A stretch of 64,000 nt of DNA from positions 25,730,001 to 25,794,000 of the forward strand of contig OZ024742.1 of the NCBI GenBank assembly GCA_964016885.1. Direction: 5' to 3'. Origin of the DNA: Eledone cirrhosa (Eukaryota). How positions within the stretch are numbered: position 1 is the first letter of the stretch; every line of letters begins with the position of its first letter. This document shows, piece by piece, positions 1-12,387 of the stretch. The position numbers and the translations under genes were made by a program. Under the pieces are notes generated by a model that ran no database searches, was not told where the DNA came from, and saw nothing but the letters and a program-made list of their open reading frames with translations.

Positions 1-3000
1 CACGTGTACCCCTCACCATCGACACCACCATTATCGGCACCACCACATGCACTCCCACGTGTACCCCTCACCATCGACACCAGCATCATTATCAGCCCCA
101 TCACATGCACTCCCACGTGTACCCCTCACCATCGACACCACCATTATCAGCCCCATCACATGCACTCCCACGTGTACCCCTCACCATCAACACCACCATT
201 ATCAGCCCCATCACATGCACTCCCACGTGTACCCCTCACCATCAACACCACCATTATCAGCCCCATCACATGCACTCCCACGTGTATCCCTCACCATCGA
301 CACCACCATTATCAGCCCCATCACATGCACTCCCACGTGTACCCCTCACCATCAACACCACCATTATCAGCACCATCACATGCACTCCCACGTGTACCCC
401 TCACCATCGACACCACCATTATCACCTCCATCACATGCACTCCCACGTGTACCCCTCAACATCGACACCACCATTATCACCCCCATCACATGCACTCCCA
501 CGTGTACCCCTCACCACCATTATCAGCACCATCACATTCACTCCCACGTGTACCCCTCACCATCGACACCACCATTATCAGCCCCATCACATGCACTCCC
601 ACGTGTACCCCTCACCATCGACACCACCATTATCAGCCCCATCACATGCACTCCCACGTGTACCCCTCACCATCGACACCACCATTATCACCCCCATCAC
701 ATGCACTCCCACGTGTACCCCTCACCATCGACACCACCATTATCACCCCCATCACATGCACTCCCACGTGTACCCCTCACCATCGACACGACCATTATCA
801 CCTCCATCACATGCACTCCCACGTGTACCCCTCAACATCGACACCACCATTATCACCCCCATCACATGCACTCCCACGTGTACCCCTCACCATCGACACC
901 ACCATTATCAGCCCCATCACATGCACTCCCACGTGTACCCCTCACCATCAACACCACCATTATCAGCCCCATCACATGCACTCCCACGTGTACCCCTCAC
1001 CATCAACACCACCATTATCAGCCCCATCACATGCACTCCCACGTGTACCCCTCACCACCAACACCACCATTATCAGCACCATCACATGCACTCCCACGTG
1101 TACCCCTCACCATCGACACGACCATTATCACCCCCATCACATGCACTCCCACGTGTACCCCTCACCACCATTATCAGCACCATCACATGCACTCCCACGT
1201 GTACCCCTCACCATCAACACCACCATTATCACCCCCATCACATGCACTCCCACGTGTACCCCTCACCACCATTATCAGCACCATCACATGCACTCCCACG
1301 TGTACCCCTCACCACCAACACCACCATTATCAGCACCATCACATGCACTCCCACGTGTACCCCTCACCATCGACACGACCATTATCACCCCCATCACATG
1401 CACTCCCACGTGTACCCCTCACCACCATTATCAGCCCCATCACATGCACTCCCACGTGTACCCCTCACCATCAACACCACCATTATCAGCACCATCACAT
1501 GCACTCCCACGTGTACCCCTCACTATCGACACCACCATTATCAGCCCCATCACATGCACTCCCACGTGTACCCCTCACTATCGACACCACCATTATCAGC
1601 CCCATCACATGCACTCCCACGTGTACCCCTCACCATCAACACCACCATTCTCACCCCCATCACATGCACTCCCACGTGTACCCCTCACCATCAACACAAC
1701 CATTATCACCTCCATCACATGCACTCCCACGTGTACCCCTCACCATCAACACCACCATTATCAGCACCATCACATGCACTCCCACGTGTACCCCTCACCA
1801 TCAACACAACCATTATCACCTCCATCACATGCACTCCCACGTGTACCCCTCACCATCAACACCATCATTATCAGCACCATCACATGCACTCCCACGTGTA
1901 CCCCTCACCATCGACACCACCATTATCAGAACCATCACATGCACTCCCACGTGTACCCCTCACCATCGACACCACCATTATCAGCACCATCACATGCACT
2001 CCCACGTGTACCCCTCACCATCAACACCACCATTCTCACCCCCATCACATGCACTCCCACGTGTACCCCTCACCATCAACACCACCATTATCACCTCCAT
2101 CACATGCACTCCCACGTGTACCCCTCACTATCGACACCACCATTATCAGCACCATCACATGCACTCCCACGTGTACCCCTCACCATCAACACCACCATTA
2201 TCAGCACCATCACATGCACTCCCACGTGTACCCCTCACCATGAACACCACCATTATCAGCACCATCACATGCACTCCCACGTGTACCCCTCACCATCGAC
2301 GCCACCATTATCAGCCCCATCACATGCACTCCCACGTGTACCCCTCACCACCATTATCAGCCCCATCACATGCACTCCCACGTGTACCCCTCACCACCAT
2401 TATCAGCCCCATCACATGCACTCCCACGTGTACCCCTCACCACCATTATCAGCACCATCACATGCACTCCCACGTGTACCCCTCACCACCATTATCAGCA
2501 CCATCACATGCACTCCCACGTGTACCCCTCACCATCGACACCACCATTATCAGCACCATCACATGCACTCCCACGTGTACCCCTCACCATCAACACCACC
2601 ATTATCAGCACCATCACATGCACTCCCACGTGTACCCCTCACCATCAACACCACCATTATCAGCACCATCACATGCACTCCCACGTGTACCCCTCACTAT
2701 CGACGCCACCATTATCACCCCCATCACATGCACTCCCACGTGTACCCCTCACCACCATTATCAGCACCATCACATGCACTCCCACGTGTACCCCTCACCA
2801 TCGACACCAACATTATCACCCCCATCACATGCACTCCCACGTGTACCCCTCACCATCGACACCAACATTATCACCCCCATCACATGCACTCCCACGTGTA
2901 CCCCTCACCACCATTATCAGCCCCATCACATGCACTCCCACGTGTACCCCTCACCACCATTATCACCCCCATCACATGCACTCCCACGTGTACCCCTCAC

Positions 3001-5155
3001 CATCGACACCACCATTTTCACCCCCATCACATGCACTCCCACGTGTAACCCTCACCATCGACACCACCATTATCACCCCCATCACATGCACTCCCACGTG
3101 TACCCCTCACCATCGACACGACCATTATCACCCCCATCACATGCACTCCCACGTGTACCCCTCACCATCGACACCACCATTATCACCCCCATCACATGCA
3201 CTCCCACGTGTACCCCTCACCATCGACACGACCATTATCACCCCCATCACATGCACTCCCACGTGTACCCCTCACCATCGACACCACCATTCTCACCCCC
3301 ATCACATGCACTCCCACGTGTACCCCTCACCATCGACACCACCATTATCACCCCCATCACATGCACTCCCACGTGTACCCCTCACCATCGACACCACCAT
3401 TATCACCCCCATCACATGCACTCCCACGTGTACCCCTCACCATCGACACGACCATTATCACCCCCATCACATGCACTCCCACGTGTACCCCTCACCATCG
3501 ACACCACCATTATCACCCCCATCACATGCACTCCCACGTGTACCCCTCACCATCGACACGACCATTATCACCCCCATCACATGCACTCCCACGTGTACCC
3601 CTCACCATCGACACCACCATTCTCACCCCCATCACATGCACTCCCACGTGTACCCCTCACCATCGACACCACCATTATCACCCCCATCACATGCACTCCC
3701 ACGTGTACCCCTCACCATCGACACGACCATTATCACCCCCATCACATGCACTCCCACGTGTACCCCTCACCACCATTATCAGCCCCATCACATGCACTCC
3801 CACGTGTACCCCTCACCATCGACACCAACATTATCACCTCCATGACATGCACTCCCACGTGTACCCCTCACCATCGACACCACCATTATCACCTCCATCA
3901 CATGCACTCCCACGTGTACCCCTCACCATCAACACCACCATTATCACCTCCATCACATGCACTCCCACGTGTACCCCTCACCATCAACACCACCATTATC
4001 AGCACCATCACATGCACTCCCACGTGTACCCCTCACCATCAACACCACCATTATCAGCACCATCACATGCACTCCCACGTGTACCCCTCACCATCGACAC
4101 CACCATTATCACCTCCATCACATGCACTCCCACGTGTACCCCTCACCATCGACACCATCATTATCAGCACCATCACATGCACTCCCACGTGTACCCCTCA
4201 CCATCAACACCATCATTATCAGCACCATCACATGCACTCCCACGTGTACCCCTCACCATCGACACCACCATTATCAGCTCCATCACATGCACTCCCACGT
4301 GTACCCCTCACCATCGACACCATCATTATCAGCACCATCACATGCACTCCCACGTGTACCCCTCACCATCGACACCACCATTATCAGCACCATCACATGC
4401 ACTCCCACGTGTACCCCTCACCATCGACACCACCATTATCACCTCCATCACATGCACTCCCACGTGTACCCCTCACCATCGACACCATCATTATCAGCAC
4501 CATTACATGCACTCCCACGTGTACCCCTCACCATCAACACCATCATTATCAGCACCATCACATGCACTCCCACGTGTACCCCTCACCATCGACACCACCA
4601 TTATCACCTCCATCACATGCACTCCCACGTGTACCCCTCACCATCGACACCACCATTATCAGCACCATCACATGCACTCCCACGTGTACCCCTCACCATC
4701 AACACCACCATTATCACCCCCATCACATGCACTCCCACGTGTACCCCTCACCATCAACACCACCATTATCACCCCCATCACATGCACTCCCACGTGTACC
4801 CCTCACCATCAACACCACCATTATCAGCAGCATCACATGCACTCCCACGTGTACCCCTCACCATCAACACCACCATTATCAGCACCATCACATGCACTCC
4901 CACGTGTACCCCTCACCATCAACACCACCATTATCACCCCCATCAAATGCACTCCCACGTGTACCCCTCACCATCAACACCACCATTATCAGCACCATCA
5001 CATGCACTCCCACGTGTACCCCTCACCATCAACACCACCATTATCACCCCCATCACATGCACTCCCACGTGTACCCCTCACCATCAACACCACCATTATC
5101 ACCCCCATCAAATGCACTCCCACGTGTACCCCTCACCATCAACACCACCATTATC
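1..5155. repeat. Tandem satellite, 55-bp unit (46- and 58-bp variants), roughly 95 copies; runs off the left edge
   Basis: Unit CACGTGTACCCCTCACCATC(G/A)ACACCACCATTATCA(GC/CC)(C/A/T)CCATCACATGCACTCC; CACGTG recurs at 1, 56, 114, 169. The 46-bp variant lacks 9 bp. Confidence 0.98.
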
Positions 5156-5224
5156 TCCACCACCTGAACACTTCAATATCCAGATCTGTATTATCGCCAT
5201 AACAATAGACATCTCTGCACTATT

Positions 5225-6000
5225 GCCAACACCACCACCTACACCGCCCCTATCATCATCACCACCATCATTATCAACACCACCACCGCCACCACTATTA
5301 CCACCATCATTGCCACCACCACCATCATCATCACCCCTATCATCATCACCACTATTATCATCACCACCATCATCATCAACACCATCACCACCACCACCAC
5401 AATTACCACCATCATCACCACCACCACTATAATCATCACCTCTATCATCATCACCACCATCATTATCAACACCACCACAACCAGCACCACAGTTACCACC
5501 ATTATCACGACCACAATCACCACTGCCATCACCACCAACACCACCACTATCACCACCTCTATCCCCATCACTACCACTACCACCACCACCACCCACACTA
5601 ACAACAATACCAACGCCACCACCACTACCTTCATCACCACTAGCTCCAACAACACCACTACCGCCAACTGCAAAACCCTACACTATCACAGTAAACATCA
5701 TTATCATCGCCACTAATATCTTCACTACCAACACCACCTCTATCATCACCACCACCCACACTAACAACATTACCTACGCCACCACCACTACTCTCATTTC
5801 CACCAGCTCCAACAACACCACTACCACCACCAGCAAAACCCTACACTACCACAGTAAACATCATTACCATCACAACTACCATCATCACCACTGCTACCAG
5901 TTTCAACGTCACATCACTCCCACCACTACCATCATCACAAGCTCTACTACTTTCACACCCTCCACCACTATATCCCTAACAACACCACTCTCTACCATCA
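5225..6000. repeat. Degenerate (ACC/ATC/ACT)n trinucleotide-rich low-complexity tract
   Basis: Runs of accacc/atcatc/actact, with an imperfect internal duplication (about 5560-5720 vs 5735-5880). Confidence 0.9.
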
Positions 6001-6499
6001 GCAAGGTGCCAAATCTCCACTTTAGTTCTGCCTCAGTTGGCACACTGCAACATTCCTATTCCATTGTCCTATCACATAATATTTAATGTGTTTTTACAAC
6101 AAACGGGGAGAAACTGCGAGACGATGTTGTTTGTGTTATCAGTAAACCGAAAAACTATATACAATGTTACTACTAATTTGTAGAGCCTATGTATTATTTC
6201 ATCCCTCGGCTTTACCATTCCTTCTAACAATGCATTTATACCCTCAAACAATTCTTCGAATAACATCACTGACTATGCTAACAAAATCTTCTATATGACT
6301 CATCATCAACTTCACTATTCCTGACAAAATCTCTCCACATTTCACGATTCTCCATTTCTCCGGGTAACTGTTCTCTACTGAGGTTTGTATCACCTGAGAG
6401 TTGATCAATGAAGTTTCAAGCAGATCTTGCTCTACTGTGTCTCCCATGAGTTGCTTCCCACAGTAGATAGGTAGATATATATATAAATAGATAGATAGA

Positions 6500-7632
6500 G
6501 AGAGAGAGATTTCTTTATTTGCCACAAGAGCGCACAAGAAAAGGGGACAATACAAATATACATGTCGGGGATTTTACATACATACGTGTAAAAATATTAT
6601 TAAAACAAACAAATTTAACAATCGAAATCCCCAATAGGGGGGAGGCGTTACAAATGGGTTGTTTAATAGCCCGTTGATAGAACAACCCTCAACTCCAGGA
6701 GCCTGTTGTGCAAGTGTTGCTTTCTTCCTTTTGCTCTCTTCTTCAACCTACAGTTTTATATACAGAGAAGGCCCAATCACTCGTGCCATTTATGCTGAAT
6801 TCACCAATCTTTCAGTAAATATACTGGAGTGCAGTGCCTCTCTCTCCACTCTGATTCTCCTTCTAAATTGGTACCTAAAGAAGTTGTTGTCCGGAGAGAA
6901 AGGCATCTCCTCTCAGTCCTCTCAATCTCGTCCACCATATAACATCTTTCACCATAGCCCCTGTACAGAGAAAAACCGCCTCTCTTTCGTTTTTGAAAGA
7001 AGTTGGTGGTTTGATCCTTACTATGGACTCGGCAGTCAACTGGATTTGTCCCATACGCGACAGCAGTTGTTCTGCGTAGTTCCACAGGTGAGTTACGCCC
7101 GGGCAGTGTACAATTGCGTGCAAGGCGGTTTCAATGTCCTGCTCGCATCTTGGACACGTCCTCTTGGAAGGATCCCTGCCGGGGCGTCCGTGCCTGTAGA
7201 TCTTGTTCGAACTGGTAGAGCTCCTCGGTAGCACTGCCAGGCCAAGGACCTCTGGAAGTTGACAATACGTCCTGGGCGGAAAGTCCTACCAAACAGATTG
7301 GTGAGCTCGTCATCTTCGACGCCCATGTCTATCCGAGTACGTAGTCACCCTTGTGACGTACTAACCCTTTATAGAATGTCGAAGTGGAGTCTTCACTGAT
7401 TGCTGAGCCCGCTTGACAGAGGACTGTGAGCGCCTGACCGCATTCAATGTGCCAGGCGCCCATCTTCTTCGGTTTCCGCTTGACTCAGGACTGCAGCTCC
7501 GTCAGCGAGACAAGTTGCGGGAAGGCCTGTCTCACAATCGTTGCCCACACCGGTTGGTCGGTGAGGAATCCCTGGAGATGCCGTAGCCTCAGTGCATGCT
7601 TGCGCATCATCAGCCACGGCATTCCCAGTCCT

Positions 7633-7633
<1 letters not shown>
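6500..7633 (-). mobile_element. 5'-truncated L1/Tx1-type LINE: ORF2 C-terminus with CCHC zf-RVT plus 3' UTR, frameshifted
   Basis: Minus strand reads GLGMPWLMMRK at the truncation, then FQRSLAWQCYRGALPVR and CPRCEQDIETALHAIVHC. AATAAA followed by a TCTC/TCTA tail near 6500-6520. Confidence 0.85.
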
Positions 7634-7687
<54 letters not shown>

Positions 7688-7710
7688 TTAAATAGATAGA
7701 TAGATAGATA
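7633..7710. repeat. (ATAG)n microsatellite at the 5' junction of the LINE
   Basis: Direct reading: tagatagataga... Confidence 0.95.
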
Positions 7711-8194
7711 AATGGATCGTCATTTACAGTCGAACATCCGTGACAAATCTCTCCACAATTCACGATTCTACATTGCTCCTGGCAAATGTTCTCTACTGAG
7801 GTTTGTATCATCTGAGTGTTGCTCGATGAAGGTTTGAACATGTCCCTCTCTAATGCGTCTCCCTTGAGTTGGTTCCCCACAATAATACTTGTTTATAACT
7901 TTCTACTTACTATAAACTAACTTTCTTATAATAATTAGTATACCAAGTAACTAACGTACTTAGAATAATTAGCTAATTTTAATAAATAACTTAGAATAAT
8001 AAGAAAATAACTAATTGAACTATCTTTGCATAATAACAAACTAATTTTGTTAAATTTTCAATATTTATTGAACACAATAAAATTTAAATTTAGTAACTAT
8101 ATAGCCGACTAATTATCATATCAACTTATTAGAATGCTGCATTAATGACCACAAAAAATGAACACGACAACCGTAGTGTATGTATAGAAAATGT

Positions 8195-8410
8195 GTAACT
8201 GAATTTTTTACAATATTTCATGCACAACTTAGAATGTAACTGTGGCCTCTACAATGTCCCACGCACAACTGAATACGGAACTGCGGTTTCCACAATATTT
8301 CATGTACAGCTTAATATGGAACTATGGCTTCTACAAAGTTTCATTCACGACTTCGTAACTGTAACTTCTACAAAGTTTCATGCATAACTGAATACGGACC
8401 TGTGGCTTCT
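8195..8410. repeat. Degenerate ~41-bp minisatellite, about 5 copies
   Basis: Recurrent ttcatgcacaact(g/t)aata(c/t)ggaactgtggcttctacaa. Confidence 0.7.
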
Positions 8411-8593
8411 GAGTTTCTGTGAGTGAAAAAAGAATAGGATGCAATTGGAGAACGTTTAAGAATCAAAGAGTGAAACATACATATATTGCAATGTACGTTT
8501 CGATCATTCCATATACTCCTTACAGAATATCACTACAGGATCACTACAGCGGATCTCTCTCATAGGATCATCACATGGAATAACACCCCAGTG

Positions 8594-8635
<42 letters not shown>

Positions 8636-8641
<6 letters not shown>

Positions 8642-9620
8642 AATGAATACAAGGAGTTTAAAACCGTTAAAACATGTTTATATAACAGTACACCTACGTA
8701 CGTTTCGCCCGGAATGGGCTTATCAAGGGCATGGAAAACAAAGAAAATGATCAATACACGACCCAGGAGGGTTTTCACGGTTAAATTAACATCAGAGTTC
8801 ATTCTTCGCCTACGTGAATGTGCTGTTATTATCGCAGAGCAGGGGGAATAACTCTGGCCGATGTTCAAACAATCTAGGCACTCCACGTCACTCCACGTCA
8901 CTTGTCAACTACGTCACCACATTACAAGACGCCAACATCAGCTTCTTCACGCACTGGGATAATTTCGGTAGGGCTGCACCCTACAAATTCAAGAGGAAAT
9001 GCCAGCTCTGCCTCATGGAGCTTTACTACATCATAAGAACACCCCACGAGCTCATAAACAGCCGAGCAGAATCAGTCATAAATTGTAGACACCGAGTGCA
9101 GGCGTCGTATTTTGCCTGGGAAGCGACTGCGTTATGAAAATTATAAACTGGGTCCCCCTGCCCTAACAATAACACACCGGTGGGCAGGCAGTATAAACAA
9201 ACATATGTGAACCAAATGTACATCGCAGACCTGCTAGAAGAAGCATTAGTGAAGCAACACCCACTAAATAATAAATGTGCATCCCAGACCTGACTTGAAC
9301 TGGCAATAGTGAAACAACACCCATAATATAAAAATGCAAAAGACCATCATATGAAAAGGTATAAAAAAACCAAGTGGGACTAGATTGTTTGAACACCGGC
9401 CAGAGTTACTACCTCTGCTCTGCGATAATAAAAGCACATGCACGTAGGCGAAGAATGAACTCTGATGTTAATTTAATAGTGAAACCCCTCTTGGGTCGTG
9501 TATTGATTATTTTTTGTTTTCCATGCCCTTGATAAGCCCATTCCGGGCGAAACGTACGTAGGTGAACTGTTATATAAACCTGTTTTAACGGTTTTAAACT
9601 CCTTATATTCATTTCTTTTA
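8636..9620 (+). mobile_element. 5'-truncated Penelope-like element: GIY-YIG C-terminal part plus pLTR, with a ~245-bp inverted pLTR copy at the 5' end
   Basis: 8878-9137 encodes TSLVNYVTTLQD...KCQLCLMELYYI...LINSRAE...CRH, matching the PLE endonuclease C-termini at 11882 and 50924. 8636-8878 is the reverse complement of about 9380-9620. Confidence 0.9.
9523..9565 (+). ncRNA. Minimal type I hammerhead ribozyme, U3-A8 core variant (inverted copy at 8690-8733, - strand)
   Basis: atgccc-TTGATAA-GCCC attcc GGGC-GAAA-CGTACG-TA-ggtg; palindromic stem III, GUA site, weak stem I. Confidence 0.75.
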
Positions 9621-9742
9621 TAATCTTTCTGCTTATTTTTTCTCGCCCACTAAATATTGACGCTTCAAATATTTAACCTTGTAGGCACGAGTATTGAGCA
9701 CATCTGTACAAACTATTGGCAACTAAATATAGGTATCACCTA

Positions 9743-9811
<69 letters not shown>

Positions 9812-9817
<6 letters not shown>

Positions 9818-10987
9818 ATACTGGGGGAGGGTCATGTTGTTGTAATAATATTGCCAGAATTAATAACAGAACAGACTCACTGTTTGGTTCGTTTTCGCTT
9901 CTGTATCTTTTATATTAGTTAATTCATTCGGTCCTCAATGTTTACCATTGACTGGTCAACGGTTAAAAATACAGATATAATATAGACACAAACACATATA
10001 TATATATATATAGTCTAACAAAGTTCTTTCGTTACACATCTGCAACATCGTCAGTGGTGCTATTATGTTCCTCCTGTTGTATTGTATATCGACGCCATGT
10101 TTATTCTATCGGTTTATTTATTTATTTATTTATGTCTTCTTCTCTGCGCATGCGTTTACGTGTGTGTACAGTGTTTGGTGTGTGTTCGCGTTATGGTGAC
10201 TGTCTTTTGGTTATTGTATTCTATCTTAGTTTGCTAGTGCGTGTGTTTGTTGTTATTGTGCTTCTGTATATATTTATTTATTTATTTATTTATATTTCTC
10301 TTAAGTCAGTATTGTTTGTTTGGGTGTTGTTATTCCATTCATTTTTTCTGTTTAGCTTTGGCCTTCTAAGTTCTATTTTACTTGCCTCTCTGATTTGCCT
10401 ATCTGCTAGGTCATTTCTATGTTTAGATATTATTTTAATTTCTATGTTGTCTATGTTACCGTCATGTTGTTGTCTGGCGTATTCGTATAGTACTGAACCG
10501 TTTTTTCGTCCTTTTAGTTCCCCCAAGTGTTGGTCTATCGTTTCACCTATGCTACGAGCTGTTTCGCCTATGTATGTTGTTGTCATGTTTCTGCAAGTAC
10601 TCTCTGTACATCTTATGCTATAGATTACGTTTCTAGTTTTACAGTTTATCCGGGGGTTTACTTTACATATAATACATTTCCTATTAGTACAGTGGGTTTT
10701 TTTCAAAGGGTATGTTTTGCTGATCAGAGATTTTATGATAGTTCCTGGCTTTTCTACCACTTAATTTTTAAGTGGGTCTTTCTCAGGGCCTTTCTACACT
10801 GGTTAGCTAAATTCCCTCCAGGTGTAGCATCCCCGAACATGACACTCTGGTATCTCTGGTTGTCGTACCATGAGGTGGCTTTCCCTATCTTATGTTTAGT
10901 CCTATCTAAGCCATTCCATGATTTGCTGCTGTTATTAATTCTGGCAATATTATTACAAGAATATGACTGTTCCCAAGTATAACAATA
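9812..10987 (-). mobile_element. 5'-truncated PLE (Cys-linker + GIY-YIG, Neptune/Nematis-like) with ~60-bp inverted ends
   Basis: ORF 10290-10760: C..RKCIIC...NCKTRNVIYSIRC...YIGETARSIGE. 9812-9870 is inverted at 10927-10987. Degraded HHR at 10018-10058 (-): CTGACGA-t-GTTGCA/TGTAAC-GAAA. Confidence 0.88.
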
Positions 10988-11024
10988 TTTGTTTCGACAC
11001 GATTTCATATCAAAAACCTCGCAA

Positions 11025-11077
<53 letters not shown>

Positions 11078-11080
<3 letters not shown>

Positions 11081-12376
11081 TATAGGATTATCCAAGATGT
11101 AGTAATGGTTAATTACTACACTGGATATGGTTGACGTACGGTAAGAGGTTACTCTACGAGTTATGGAAGAATTGTTCAAGAAACTTAGTTCCTGATCCTT
11201 CAGTATTCCGGAGTGTAGATAAAGAATGAATAATAACAGGTAGACATCATAAAAAGGTAATTTATTCCGTGTGCTTACAAGTGTTTCCACGGTGGTACTG
11301 CAGCCTAGTTCCGCTACGTGCAAATTCACAAGTATTTGCAGAACTCGAATATCCAATGCTGTGACCACTGTTTCCTCAGAGCAGAATGGTAAATGTACAA
11401 TGTAAAAACCCTTAAGTGGGGTTGTTGGGGGAAGATAGAGTGGAACAGGAAGAGAGAAAAGTAGGGAAGAGGGAGAGAGAAGGAAAGATATGCAGGGGTT
11501 GGAGAAGTAGGAGAGAGTGGCTTGTAGATATCTTAATCAAAATGTTATGGTAGAGGTTTTATTATACTGGTTACGTTTGGAGAGATGCGTAGATAGTTGA
11601 GGTCGGAATTATTTATTGCCCCAGAGGGCAGGTTCATAGCTGTTGAGAGGGAGGTAGGTCAAAGGTGAGAGAGAGAGAGTGTAATGGATGTAGAGAGAGA
11701 TATATAGGTAGAGAGGGGACAGATAAGGTATGTGTGGTGAGTGGACTTTTGGTTTTGTAGTAGTAATCTAGGAATTGTACTGAGTTACCATGTATAGTGA
11801 TAAGCAGTGTATTGTCTTGTAGTGTGGGGGGAAGAGAAAGTTGTTAGCTAGAAAGTGGTGTTGTAGTTACGGTTTCGAATGTTAAGTTATTTTATAGTGA
11901 GAGAATTTAGCTTTTAGTTTGTGGTTGCAGTATAATGATCGTTCAATTCTATCGTTAAGTAGTTTGTTTTTGGATTTTAGTATGTAAAATAGCTCAAGGT
12001 TACATAACCTGCAGTACTTCAATCCACTCCGATATGCATTTGCGCTGGAAAGTATATTCCATTTTAAGGTGAACTGTTGGTTATGTTCACGGAGTTGCCA
12101 GGTCTTGTTGGCGAGCGTGGTCACAAAACGGTGATTGGGATGTTTGATTGAGAATCGATGACGGTACCAGCGAGATTTAAACGATGTGGTGGTAGATCCG
12201 ATATAATACCATTTCTGGTCGTTCGATTCAACCGTGCATTGGTAAACAATGTTGGACTTTAGGCATTCATTCTGCAATGGACTGCAGCTCATTATTGTTC
12301 TGCAGCTCATTATTTCTATGTTTGTTGAACTTAATGTTCATGGTAGTTTTCAATAAATCCTGTTCGAAAGCTTCGA
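11078..12376 (-). mobile_element. Inverted, internally deleted PLE copy: short RT N-terminal piece joined to the GIY-YIG endonuclease, then 3' UTR/pLTR
   Basis: ORF 11882-12310 has IVYQC...YYIGSTTTSFKSRW...CRLCNLE...CNH. 12305-12375 is the reverse complement of 12674-12745; 11078-11107 is the reverse complement of 12389-12418. Confidence 0.9.
11272..11383 (-). ncRNA. Type I hammerhead ribozyme with long branched stem II
   Basis: TGCT-CTGAGGA-a-ACAGTGGT...ACCACCGT-g-GAAA-CACTTG-TA-AGCA; stem I TGCT/AGCA, GUA site. Confidence 0.8.
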
Positions 12377-12387
12377 TATATTCGATG

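Noticed and set aside
1-5155. CRISPR-like regular array
   Set aside because: No unique spacers, no cas genes, eukaryotic context.
4-5432. ORFs of 491-1706 aa rich in His/Pro/Thr
   Set aside because: Produced by a stop-free satellite; all three frames give the same peptide and there is no unique coding flank.
8636-9620. DNA transposon or MITE suggested by long inverted ends (also 49922-52625)
   Set aside because: The inverted ends are pLTR copies containing HHRs and enclose GIY-YIG/RT sequence, not a transposase.
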